A stretch of 64,000 nucleotides of DNA, taken from positions 96,466-160,465 of IMG/VR virus record IMGVR_UViG_3300035520_000350. The stretch is one strand, 5' to 3'. The translations under genes were made by a program, and so were the position numbers. The stretch is from a virus (taxonomy: Duplodnaviria; Heunggongvirae; Uroviricota; Caudoviricetes). Positions 40,839 to 50,522 of this stretch are shown piece after piece. The notes under the pieces are model-generated. The model ran no database searches, was not told the origin of the DNA, and saw nothing but the letters and a program-made list of their open reading frames with translations. Every line of letters begins with the position of its first letter. Position 1 is the stretch's first letter.

Positions 40839-42008
40839 TTATCCATGATATTGAGGATCATCTAACTCATCGTAGTTGAAGAATAATCCATACTGTCTTC
40901 TATCTATAATTTTCTTCTTAGAGAGAATCTCTCTTAACTCTCTATATCTCATAGCCAGATCTCTCCAACGTTTTACCTCTGCTTCTGATAAACCGTCTGT
41001 ACTATAGATATACTCTTCAAGAAGATTAATCCTAGTATTGATCTGTCTGAGAGCATAGAATGCTTCCTCTTCTGTATCAGCATTCTTTACTCTGATAGTA
41101 AACTCATATAGATCGTCTTCAATAGCTCTAAGACCATTTCTCTTTAAGTTATTGAACAATCCACCAGATTTTGCTTCTCTTAAGATCTTAGCAGATTCTA
41201 TTACTATATCAGAGTCTATTCTTTGAAGAGACTCTATAGTCTTCTTAGTTTCTGCAGCTAACAACTTAGAACCAGTAAGTTGCATAGCATCCTTAAGAGT
41301 ATCAATAGCAGATGGTCCATTGTGCTTTACGTCTTTGTAAACTCCAAAAGCCCACTTTATAAGCACCAAATTAGGTTCTTTCACAGTGCTTCCAATTCCA
41401 AAAACGCTTGTTCTGACCTTCATCAGTGCAGTCATTAAGGAATCGCGTAAATCTGCAGAATTGATGAATTGATTGGATAATACATCCTCTACATCTTCTT
41501 TGTACATAGATGAAGTAATCTTAGATAAAGCATCTTTAATAGCAAAGATAAGTATCTGAGAATAGTTTACTGAATCCTTAATACTGATATTCTCATCTTC
41601 ATCAGCAATATAAAGATCAATAATACTTCTTACTTCATTGATAGGTGCAGCGTTGTTGATCATAGAGCTTACTTCATTTAAGACATAAGCTGATAACTCT
41701 TCTGCTGTCAACCCAATACTCAATAACTTAGAGTCTATCTCTACAGAGTATCTATTGATTACAATATCATCATCCTTAAAGAGTATATTGATAAGATCTT
41801 CAGGTGTTATAGTCGGGTTAATCATAACACCAAAGAATACCTTATCAGTATTCTCAGTATACACTACATCATAACAAGTTCTGTTAGGAAATAGTTCATT
41901 AAGGATATTTCTGATACTCTTAGTATCTACAGATACTGTATCACCAGATGTACTAGCAGCAAATGCAGCATTGAGTTTATCTCTAACTAACTCTCCTACT
42001 ATAGCCAT
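40839..42008 (-). CDS. Putative virion structural protein downstream of the capsid gene
   Basis: VIESAKILREA cleavage-like motif; head-gene context. Confidence 0.55.
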   Translation of the reverse strand: MAIVGELVRDKLNAAFAASTSGDTVSVDTKSIRNILNELFPNRTCYDVVYTENTDKVFFGVMINPTITPEDLINILFKDDDIVINRYSVEIDSKLLSIGLTAEELSAYVLNEVSSMINNAAPINEVRSIIDLYIADEDENISIKDSVNYSQILIFAIKDALSKITSSMYKEDVEDVLSNQFINSADLRDSLMTALMKVRTSVFGIGSTVKEPNLVLIKWAFGVYKDVKHNGPSAIDTLKDAMQLTGSKLLAAETKKTIESLQRIDSDIVIESAKILREAKSGGLFNNLKRNGLRAIEDDLYEFTIRVKNADTEEEAFYALRQINTRINLLEEYIYSTDGLSEAEVKRWRDLAMRYRELREILSKKKIIDRRQYGLFFNYDELDDPQYHG

Positions 42009-42063
42009 AGTATACGTTTCTCTCCTTTCTTCTAAATTACTTCGAAGTTTAAACGATAAAAAT

Positions 42064-42099
42064 ATATTGGGGTAGGTCTTTGTGGACCTACCCCAATAT
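42064..42099 (-). terminator. Terminator after the major capsid gene
   Basis: 15-bp stem ATATTGGGGTAGGTC/GACCTACCCCAATAT with a T-run on the minus strand. Confidence 0.75.
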
Positions 42100-42119
42100 C
42101 AAGCTGCGATCATTCAATA

Positions 42120-43871
42120 TTAAGCTTCAACTAATCCAGTAGGATTAAGGATCTGGATACGTCCCTGTACCGGCTGGTACTCAACGAACTTCCAATCCTC
42201 GTAAGCATGGATTGCCGGAAGAGCCGGGTTCGCAATGTTTCTGATCTCGTTAGAGATGTATAACTGGTAATCATAGATTCTGTAGATGATACGATCCGTA
42301 TTGCGCGGGTTCAGAAGAACCATAAGCTGGTTGGTACCTCTCATCTTGTCGGAACCGATGAAGTTGTATACTCTCTTATCAGCGGTATTGACGATAGTCT
42401 GGGTATAATCCAGAGTAACCGGTCCAATGTTAGCCGGAGCCTGATAACTGTACTCCTTCGGAGTAATCTTACGAACGATTTCCGGATCACCAAAGATAGT
42501 GATTGTCATGTTCGGATCATTCAGCACCTGAAGCATCTTGGTAACATAGCCGTCCAGGAAATCCATGAACGTCTTATGTCTCCATTCAACATGATCCAGT
42601 GCGTATCCGTCACGCGGAGCAAAGTCGAACTTACCCCAGAACGAGGTTCTTTCATCCATTCTCTTATAGCTGTTGTCCAGCTCCATCTTGATGTGATCGT
42701 CTTTGTAGTTGGACATAGCGTTCTTGAACATGCCCATCAGCTTAGTAAGCTGATTTACGTTGTACATAGCAGCCAGGTCCTTTACCTCTCTCGGGCTGAT
42801 GGTCGTATTGATCGGAATGTTTGTCGGAATCTCAACAAGGTCGGTATCAACTTTCCACTTAACCTGGCAGGTCTCAAGCATAGCATTGCTTGTATCCAGT
42901 TTTGCGGAAAGCTTAACTGCCGTGATCTTTCCATAGGTAGCGGAGATGTTGAACTTGTTCTTGTTCATAGAGCCGGAGATCGCTTCTTTGATCTCTACCT
43001 GCTTCGTAGCTCCGTCTACTTTCTGCTTGCAGTTAATGGTAAGCGGCTGCATAACGGTTCTTTCAAAATGATTCGGTCCGCCGTAGTTCGGTGTAAACCG
43101 GATATTCGTATGGAACCATACGTCCGTGGTCTTCTCTTCATCTGCAATCTGTCCACCCTTCTCAATGAAACCATCATCATCCGGAAGAATGTCACCTGCT
43201 TCGATCACAACATTCTCAACCTTTACAGCGGAGATGTATGTATCGATACCAAGACTGTCAAGAGAAGTACCGCCGAGTTCTCCGAGGATATCATTATCCT
43301 CCTCTGTCTGCGGAAGTGTAAGCTCAAAGTCCTTCATCGGGTTTGTAGCATCAATAGCAGCCGTCATCTTGTTCTGATCCAGGAACATATCCAGCTCTTC
43401 TCCTTCCGGAGTCACAAGGATACGTCTCTCAAGAGAGATAGTAAACTTCGGCTGTACTGCGGTCACTTTCTGGATACCGCCTTTGTCGAATACGTTGTTC
43501 ATAAGAATAAGCTTATGGATAGGCAAAGCCATACCAACGACCGGATTGTACTCTGTAAGAGGTGCGTGCTCAAACATAGCATGGCAGTCGTTCTCAAACT
43601 GCTCCTCCATCATCTCCTGGGAATCTTCGATGTCATCCGGTTCCAACTCGCTGTTGTTCGTATCAACAGAGTCCTCTACAAAGAAACGCTTCATGGTCTC
43701 TTTGGTAGAAGCCCGGCGCATAACCTTAGTCGGCTCTTCAAAGATATCTGTACCATCTTCGTTCAGAATATGGGTTGCGGTCTCACAAAAAGCCTTTGCA
43801 AATGAATATAATGGGTCCTTCCGATAGGAAGTACCTGCGACAGTATTCTGTCTAGTTCCACCAATAGGCAT
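42120..43871 (-). CDS. Major capsid protein (probable)
   Basis: 583 aa; strong high-expression codon bias; acidic N-terminal propeptide; own late promoter and terminator; close to the prohead protease. Confidence 0.7.
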   Translation of the reverse strand: MPIGGTRQNTVAGTSYRKDPLYSFAKAFCETATHILNEDGTDIFEEPTKVMRRASTKETMKRFFVEDSVDTNNSELEPDDIEDSQEMMEEQFENDCHAMFEHAPLTEYNPVVGMALPIHKLILMNNVFDKGGIQKVTAVQPKFTISLERRILVTPEGEELDMFLDQNKMTAAIDATNPMKDFELTLPQTEEDNDILGELGGTSLDSLGIDTYISAVKVENVVIEAGDILPDDDGFIEKGGQIADEEKTTDVWFHTNIRFTPNYGGPNHFERTVMQPLTINCKQKVDGATKQVEIKEAISGSMNKNKFNISATYGKITAVKLSAKLDTSNAMLETCQVKWKVDTDLVEIPTNIPINTTISPREVKDLAAMYNVNQLTKLMGMFKNAMSNYKDDHIKMELDNSYKRMDERTSFWGKFDFAPRDGYALDHVEWRHKTFMDFLDGYVTKMLQVLNDPNMTITIFGDPEIVRKITPKEYSYQAPANIGPVTLDYTQTIVNTADKRVYNFIGSDKMRGTNQLMVLLNPRNTDRIIYRIYDYQLYISNEIRNIANPALPAIHAYEDWKFVEYQPVQGRIQILNPTGLVEA

Positions 43872-43955
43872 AACCTTTATCTCCTTTCATAAGATAATTT
43901 TTGTAAGTTTTAGCCTAGATTCCACCATGAAGCGGAAATTTACGGGCTAATCTTT

Positions 43956-43967
43956 TACAATAATGTT
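43956..43967 (-). promoter_or_regulatory. AACA-N6-TA late-promoter motif (example, upstream of the capsid gene)
   Basis: Also seen at 6728(-), 28993, 37233, 38490, 47489(-), 47515, 49734, 50397(-), 54860, 58730 and 63578(-); matches the AR9 late consensus. Confidence 0.7.
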
Positions 43968-44001
43968 ATTGTTTGTAAAGTTTAACAGAAGATTTAATAT
44001 G

Positions 44002-44715
44002 TTACTTTGAGGCGTTATCCTTCTCTTTCTGCTTATGTAACTCCTCCACAGTGAGTCTGATACCATTGAGTATTGATAAGTATCTATTGAAAGTAATATC
44101 GTTCTCTATATAAGAACTCTTATCATAGACATTCATCAAATAGTAACTGATATACTCTTTGAGATCATACATGATGGTCAGTATTCTCTTGATAACAGGC
44201 TTGAAGTCTTCATTAGAGTCATCAGTAAGCTGGTTAAACTTTTCAATCAAAGCATTACACTTACCATATAGCTCAAAGAACATTTTCTTGAGTGTAGAGA
44301 TCTTTCTCTGCTTCTCGCTATCAGATAGAGTCTCAAACAAGTCTCTATCTAAAGCTTTCTCTTCAGTATCAGTATTCTCATCACCCATAGAGTCATCAGA
44401 AGTATCACCACTATCGTCTGTATTATCATCTCCGGTATCATCATTATCATCCTGATCTGGTTCTGTATCTATATTGTAGTCATCATCTTCTGAGTTCTTA
44501 TCATCTTCCTGATTGTTATCATCAGTATTTTCATCTGATGCATCATCATTCTGATCATTGTTATCCTCAGTAGAGTCATCATTAGCATTATCATCACCAG
44601 TATCAGTAGTATCTGTATCTCCTCCTGTATCTGCATTGTTATCTGTAGCAGAAGCATTGTCATCTTCTCCATCTTCAAACAATACATATCTTCTTCTCAT
44701 CAGTTCCATAGACAT
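44002..44715 (-). CDS. Asp/Asn-rich low-complexity protein (possible scaffold/core)
   Basis: About 100-aa D/N/T tract after LFE; immediately upstream of the capsid gene. Confidence 0.55.
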   Translation of the reverse strand: MSMELMRRRYVLFEDGEDDNASATDNNADTGGDTDTTDTGDDNANDDSTEDNNDQNDDASDENTDDNNQEDDKNSEDDDYNIDTEPDQDDNDDTGDDNTDDSGDTSDDSMGDENTDTEEKALDRDLFETLSDSEKQRKISTLKKMFFELYGKCNALIEKFNQLTDDSNEDFKPVIKRILTIMYDLKEYISYYLMNVYDKSSYIENDITFNRYLSILNGIRLTVEELHKQKEKDNASK

Positions 44716-44733
44716 CTAACCTCCTTTCTCTTA

Positions 44734-47448
44734 TCAATCATTGCCACCAGCAACACCTATATTAGAATCAGGCATTAAGTCCTTACCAATTCTGGTATTG
44801 TACTTGATTCTCTGATACTGTCTCTGTAAGTCCTTCTTATAAGTAAGAAGCTTACGATACTTCTTCATATTGTCATTACGTTCTGCTATAGATATCTCTT
44901 TCTCTACTACTTCAAGTTCTGTAGTAATCTCATCAAGTAAGAGTAATCTCTCTTTCTTAGTAAGATGCTTAGACATAGCTACACCACCAACAACAGTTGC
45001 TGCAGAAGCAACAGGGTTTATAGCAGTAAGACCAGCAATAGCAATACCAAACTTGATGCATCTAGAGAATGAAGGAATAATAGAGCCCTTAATGATAGCT
45101 TCTCTTCTATCACTTACTAAAGCATTCTTACAAGAGGAGTATAATCTATTGAACTCCATATCAAGAGTCTTAGACCATTCCTTCTCTTTACTACTAAGAT
45201 CTTTCATCTTAGCCTTAATACCATTAGCGTATAACTTAAGGGAAGCAAGGTTTACGCCAGAGAAAGGATTATGAGGATCTTTCTTACCAGATTCATCTGG
45301 TCTATCCATCTTAACCTTATCATCTTTCTCATCCTTATCAGGAATCTTCTCCTTTATTTTATCCTTGATAGATTTCTTATTATTCTCTTCTTCTTTCTTC
45401 TTATTGATTGCCTTCTTCTGTTCATCAGACTCCAATAAGGAGAGAATAATATTACAAGCTTCCATCTGCAACTCTAAAGGAGCAGACTGATAGTTCCAGT
45501 TATTGATCTTACCATTGATATTACTGGATTCTGTATAAGAATCATTTACATGACTCTCTACATAGAGAGTATGCATATGAGCTATATCCTCTGTACTAAT
45601 AGGATCTACATACTGAGAAGCTTCTATAATAGAAGAGAATCTCTCTGCATCAATGTCTTTGATACTAGACTCTATAGTAGATACAATACTTCCATATGCA
45701 TCTACATCAAACGAATCACATATTTTAGCCATCTCATCAAGTTCAAGTGTTCTCATCATGTCTTCATCAGAGAATGTATCATTCTTTTCTTCTTCCTCAT
45801 CATTAGAAAGAATGACAGTAGAATATCCTTCAAGATGCACTTCTACCGTATCAGGATTTACTACATAGTATGCCTTAATCTCTGAATCTTCTCCAAAGAC
45901 ATTCTTGTTTAACTGCTCACATACCTCTGTCATTATATCATGCACCTGATAGAAGTCTGATTCATCAAGTATCTTATAGCTACATACACAGATATCAGAG
46001 GTATTATACTCAGTAAGAGTTCCTAATACTTCGGTCTCCTTTAGTATCTTCTTCCTAATAGGAGTGATCTTACCAGCTATCTTATCCATCAACTTCTTGC
46101 CTTTACCCTTGATGAACTTATCCGCTTCTACAGCAGCACTGATAAGATTCTGGAACTTGAATACCTTGAACTCTTCTAAGTAATATGCATGAGATTTAGG
46201 AGAGAATACCGCTTCAATCATTAAGTTTCTTCTATTGATTACTTCATCAGTATAGCATACATCTCTGATATTAGCTATCTTCTCTATAGAAGAACTATAG
46301 CAATCCTTAAGAGCTATAAGCTTAGATACTCTTTCTTTATCTGGATAATCTGCAAGATCTACATCAATAGCTTCTATTGCATTGTTGTAGTGCATGATGA
46401 GAGTATCAAGTTCATCTCTAGTATATAGCCATGTATCGTTCTTCATCTGGGACATTACATTCTTCGGTATAGTATTGAGTATCTCTACTATCTGCTTGAT
46501 ATCGTAATCATCTGTAAGCATATAGTCCTTAATGAAGAGAAGTATATTGCCAAACGTATTAACGAACTCTTCTCTCTGATGAATATACCCAATAGGCATA
46601 GTTCTTATAACAGCACCAAAGTCTTTATCTAAGTCCTTATCCTCAGACTTGATAAAGTTATTGAGCATATTAATGATGGTAGGTACATAGTCAATACTAT
46701 CCTCATATAAGTAACCTACCATGCCAAGATCAGTATCGTTAATCATAGAGCACTCAGCCAGTACATTCATACAAGCATATCTATCATTACCAGATAAACC
46801 TTTCTTAGTAAGATAATACTCAGTAACGTACTTTACTAACTCCTGAGCATTATACTTAATCCCATGCTTCTGTAATACATAAGAAGTTTCCTCAAGACTA
46901 GTAGCAAGTTTCTGACATGGGCTAAACCCTACAGAGTTCTCGTCTACAATACTGCAGATCTTAAGAGAAAGTCTATGAGTGCCTTTTCCTTTATAAGACT
47001 CTACTACAGAATCTATATCAGACTTCTCCTGCAAATAAGCATGATCATTGAGAATACAATCACATGACTTATATTGCTCTACAGCGTGTTCTATCATAGA
47101 ATTCTCATGAAAACTCATAGCGTATCTAGGAAGAATATGACTTACCCATTCTACGTTCTTTATATAAGGAAGAATCCTATCAGTAAATTTCTCTGTAAGA
47201 GATTTAGCATACTTAGGATCTTCCTCTTCTGCTATAAACTCTAAGCAATACTTATAGTAAGTATTAGCATTAGACGGATTCATGCATTCAGAAAAGAATC
47301 TATCCACATCTCTCTGTCTAGTATTAGAGTTCTTTTTGGTAGATTCTACTGCTCTTTCTAAATACAACTTACAATCATGACTATCGTATTCAGAAGAAAC
47401 TGATTTGGCTCTTCGTTCAACCAAACCATAGTCTACATGATGTCTCAT
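44734..47448 (-). CDS. Large putative virion protein
   Basis: 904 aa; many xxES/xxEA motifs; late promoter; hydrophobic C-terminal segment. Confidence 0.6.
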   Translation of the reverse strand: MRHHVDYGLVERRAKSVSSEYDSHDCKLYLERAVESTKKNSNTRQRDVDRFFSECMNPSNANTYYKYCLEFIAEEEDPKYAKSLTEKFTDRILPYIKNVEWVSHILPRYAMSFHENSMIEHAVEQYKSCDCILNDHAYLQEKSDIDSVVESYKGKGTHRLSLKICSIVDENSVGFSPCQKLATSLEETSYVLQKHGIKYNAQELVKYVTEYYLTKKGLSGNDRYACMNVLAECSMINDTDLGMVGYLYEDSIDYVPTIINMLNNFIKSEDKDLDKDFGAVIRTMPIGYIHQREEFVNTFGNILLFIKDYMLTDDYDIKQIVEILNTIPKNVMSQMKNDTWLYTRDELDTLIMHYNNAIEAIDVDLADYPDKERVSKLIALKDCYSSSIEKIANIRDVCYTDEVINRRNLMIEAVFSPKSHAYYLEEFKVFKFQNLISAAVEADKFIKGKGKKLMDKIAGKITPIRKKILKETEVLGTLTEYNTSDICVCSYKILDESDFYQVHDIMTEVCEQLNKNVFGEDSEIKAYYVVNPDTVEVHLEGYSTVILSNDEEEEKNDTFSDEDMMRTLELDEMAKICDSFDVDAYGSIVSTIESSIKDIDAERFSSIIEASQYVDPISTEDIAHMHTLYVESHVNDSYTESSNINGKINNWNYQSAPLELQMEACNIILSLLESDEQKKAINKKKEEENNKKSIKDKIKEKIPDKDEKDDKVKMDRPDESGKKDPHNPFSGVNLASLKLYANGIKAKMKDLSSKEKEWSKTLDMEFNRLYSSCKNALVSDRREAIIKGSIIPSFSRCIKFGIAIAGLTAINPVASAATVVGGVAMSKHLTKKERLLLLDEITTELEVVEKEISIAERNDNMKKYRKLLTYKKDLQRQYQRIKYNTRIGKDLMPDSNIGVAGGND

Positions 47449-47569
47449 AACACCTCTCTCCTTTCACTTTGTTAGATTATTCTATTGTTAAACCCCACTA
47501 AAATAGTAGACCTTAACATCTTCATAAATATGAAACTTGGTATTTTAAAGACGGAAAGGAGATAATATT

Positions 47570-48391
47570 ATGATTCCAAAGAAAATTGGATATATTATCT
47601 GTGAATCTGGCATTACCTCAGCCGAGGTAACCAATGTAGTCGGTACTAAAAATGGAAAGATAGTAGCCGAAGGCATTCTCCAGACAGCAGATGAAAGAAA
47701 TAGAAATGGACGATTCTACCCTAAGGAAGAATTGTTCCCACAGCTTACAGCTCCTAGAACTCTTGAGCTTTTAAATGCAGGATACTTAAGAGCAGAGTTA
47801 GGACATCCATTGTCTAAGGAGTTAGTAAGACAACAGACTATCGATGATAGTAGAACATGTGCTAAATTCCTTAAGTTATGGACAGAAGGAGACAATGTCT
47901 GGGGAAGATTTACTGGAACAAACAATGACTACGGTAAAGCTTTCATGGCTGACTTAGCAGATGGAGATAAACCAGCATGGTCCTTAAGAGCATTAGGCTC
48001 TATTGAGAATACTAGAAGAGGAGCAGAGGTAAGGAACCTTAAGGTTATTACTTGGGATCAGGTAATCTATCCTTCTCATCCGGGAGCATATACTCAAAGA
48101 ATTGTATCAGAGTCTGCAGGAGATAAAGATTATGATACAGAAGGAAAGTCTCTTGTCATTCCACTTACCAATCAGGAGGTTCTGAACTATATCAGATCAG
48201 AGTCTGCTAATCTTAAGTATATGAGAGAAAGCTTTGATTTCATGTATAAGGATATTCAGATTAATGAAAACAACTCTACTGTTACTCTTACTGGAGCAGA
48301 TGGAGATATCATGGTCATCAATCTGGAGAATTATATCCATAATGAGATCATGAACTATTGCTCTGATGTATCGTCGTACTTTGAAAAGTAA
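47570..48391 (+). CDS. Prohead core protease (T4 gp21-like)
   Basis: NRNGRFYP, AELGHP, WSLRALGS and TWDQVIYPSH motifs. Confidence 0.9.
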   Translation: MIPKKIGYIICESGITSAEVTNVVGTKNGKIVAEGILQTADERNRNGRFYPKEELFPQLTAPRTLELLNAGYLRAELGHPLSKELVRQQTIDDSRTCAKFLKLWTEGDNVWGRFTGTNNDYGKAFMADLADGDKPAWSLRALGSIENTRRGAEVRNLKVITWDQVIYPSHPGAYTQRIVSESAGDKDYDTEGKSLVIPLTNQEVLNYIRSESANLKYMRESFDFMYKDIQINENNSTVTLTGADGDIMVINLENYIHNEIMNYCSDVSSYFEK

Positions 48392-48414
48392 AGAGAGAAT
48401 GAGGTGATACCTTT

Positions 48415-49203
48415 ATGGCAGCTAGTAATAAGATGACCGACCTACTCAATAAGATAGAGTGGAGACTCGGTCTTATACCGCTAACACCTCACTTACCAGA
48501 GACACTAAACAAATCAGCATGGGCTAAGATTATAGAGGAGGATACTCTAGTTACGTTCTCTAGATACTTCTATCACAAGATAAGATTTGAAGTTAATGAT
48601 AAGACTACAAATCAAAGAGTAGAGAATGGTATTAGAGTATACTATATTAAAGATGAATACTTACAAGGATTGAAGTTATTGGGGGTAAGTGATATAGACT
48701 GGAATGACTTTAGCGCTCAGAATTTATCAGTAGCACAGACAGGAGGTTATGGATACTATACTCCTAACTATATAGGTTGTCCTGCTTGTGAGTTTAATAC
48801 TATAATGGGATATCAAATGATGGCTGATCTACAGAGTTTGTACAATCAAGGAATATACATTGACTTTGATTATCCCAATAAGCTAAAGCTTACAGGAGCT
48901 GGTGGAACTACAGTAAACTTAAAGAGGTTTGTTGTAGATCTATTAGTACAGCATCCTAATCTTAATACTATCTCCCCTACAAAGATGGAAACCTTTGAAG
49001 CTTTAGCTCAGGCTGATGTAGCTAATTTCTTACAAAAGAACTTGAGATATGTAGATGGATTGGAAACAGTCTACGTAAACATAGATCTTAAGCTTGGAGA
49101 GTTAGAACAAGAAGCGGGTAAGCGAGACAATATTATCGATGAAATGAAAAACTCCTATGTATCTGCAGCGAACGATAATATTCCATATATTTTGACGGTA
49201 TAA
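48415..49203 (+). CDS. Putative neck/head-completion protein
   Basis: Follows the protease; size and ending resemble T4 gp13-like proteins (recalled, not aligned). Confidence 0.4.
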   Translation: MAASNKMTDLLNKIEWRLGLIPLTPHLPETLNKSAWAKIIEEDTLVTFSRYFYHKIRFEVNDKTTNQRVENGIRVYYIKDEYLQGLKLLGVSDIDWNDFSAQNLSVAQTGGYGYYTPNYIGCPACEFNTIMGYQMMADLQSLYNQGIYIDFDYPNKLKLTGAGGTTVNLKRFVVDLLVQHPNLNTISPTKMETFEALAQADVANFLQKNLRYVDGLETVYVNIDLKLGELEQEAGKRDNIIDEMKNSYVSAANDNIPYILTV

Positions 49204-49242
49204 GGAAACTTGAGGTAGGGTTATTATAATCCTACCTCTTAT

Positions 49243-49722
49243 TTGTATTACTATAAGGAGGCAGATATATGGATAAAATACTTCAGTGGAGACGTATACA
49301 CATCTAAAGACGAGATCAATATCATCTTTAATCCAGTAGGAGTTAGAGATAACAAGTATGGATTTATTAAGAAGGTAAAGAAACTATACCCTGATGCATA
49401 TAAGGAGTATAATGAAAGAGTCTGGATGTATTCTGCTCGTGAACTATTGGGAGATATCCAACTAGTCTATGTAGACAAAGAGAAATTTATATTCAATGCA
49501 TTCTGTAAGGAAAAAGATGGTAAGATAAACAAACTTGCTTATACTAAAACCTTAGTAGAGATATGTAATCTATGTCATGAATATCAAGCTTCTCTAGGTA
49601 TAGAGTATGCTTTAGGTATACAAGAAGAACCAGAGAGAAAGTGGTTAATAACTATACTTAAAGAAACCTTTAAAGATGTAGATGATGTAGAAGTAAGAGT
49701 GTATGATAGATATAGAAAGTAA
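49243..49722 (+). CDS. Degenerate macrodomain (Poa1p/DarG-like) protein; the best ATG (49269) is out of frame
   Basis: IKYFSGDV...IIFNPVG...VKKLYP...LGDI...IFNAF; the RBS-paired ATG carries one extra G. Confidence 0.5.
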   Translation: MYYYKEADIWIKYFSGDVYTSKDEINIIFNPVGVRDNKYGFIKKVKKLYPDAYKEYNERVWMYSARELLGDIQLVYVDKEKFIFNAFCKEKDGKINKLAYTKTLVEICNLCHEYQASLGIEYALGIQEEPERKWLITILKETFKDVDDVEVRVYDRYRK

Positions 49723-49925
49723 CAAAACTCTATAACATATTTGTAAGGGTTACTTTGCCGAGTGCCTTAACAATTTCCATTGTGTTCTTGCTTTAGGACA
49801 TTTCCCTCCGGACCCTGGACAAGTCCGGAGGGACCTCCACCTTTTTATCGAAATCTGAAATTAAAGCCTGTGGATTAACAACCCACAGGCTTTATGCTGT
49901 TCTGATCCGGTCACGCGGTATCATA

Positions 49926-50330
49926 CTACTTAACAGACTTTGCTGCTTTGATGTAGTCTTTCTGAGCGATCTTACTGATCTTATTCGCTTTGTTCCCGTA
50001 TTTAGCCATGATCTTGGCAATAAGGGATTTCTCTTTCTTCCGGTTGTCTTTCAGCTTCTTCCAGAGCGGATCGTTGTTCTGCTTAGCCAGCTCAAATGCG
50101 GTCAGCTTCTCTCTACGCTTCAGGTCATCAGCCTTTCCCAGTCTCATTAATGTAGGCTTCTTAAATACGCCTTTCTCAAGCAACGCCTGTGCTTCAGGGG
50201 ACGCACAGAACTCTTTAATCTGTTCATCTGATCCTCTGGAGATATCATCGTATAAGAATTTCTCTACAAGAGCTGTCATATCTACATTTTCGGTTACAGA
50301 ACCGATAACGTCACTACCATAGATACTCAT
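49926..50330 (-). CDS. Small putative head protein with a Lys-rich C-terminus
   Basis: MSIYG start, VTE/LLE motifs, late promoter. Confidence 0.6.
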   Translation of the reverse strand: MSIYGSDVIGSVTENVDMTALVEKFLYDDISRGSDEQIKEFCASPEAQALLEKGVFKKPTLMRLGKADDLKRREKLTAFELAKQNNDPLWKKLKDNRKKEKSLIAKIMAKYGNKANKISKIAQKDYIKAAKSVK

Positions 50331-50522
50331 AGTATAATTGCCTCCTTTTAAGATTATTATTTGTGAGCTTTATAAGCTCTTGAATTACAATAATGTTAAA
50401 GATTACTAAAACGAGTAGAATCATATTACAAGTTGGACATAGTAGTAATAATGGGATTGAAAGGAGATCATTGGGAAATAACCTATAAAGGTATTATAAG
50501 AAAAGAAAGGAGACAAAATTTA

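Noticed and set aside
42576-43805. 409-aa plus-strand ORF antisense to the capsid gene
   Set aside because: Shadow ORF produced by the capsid gene's codon bias; no RBS and an unnatural composition.
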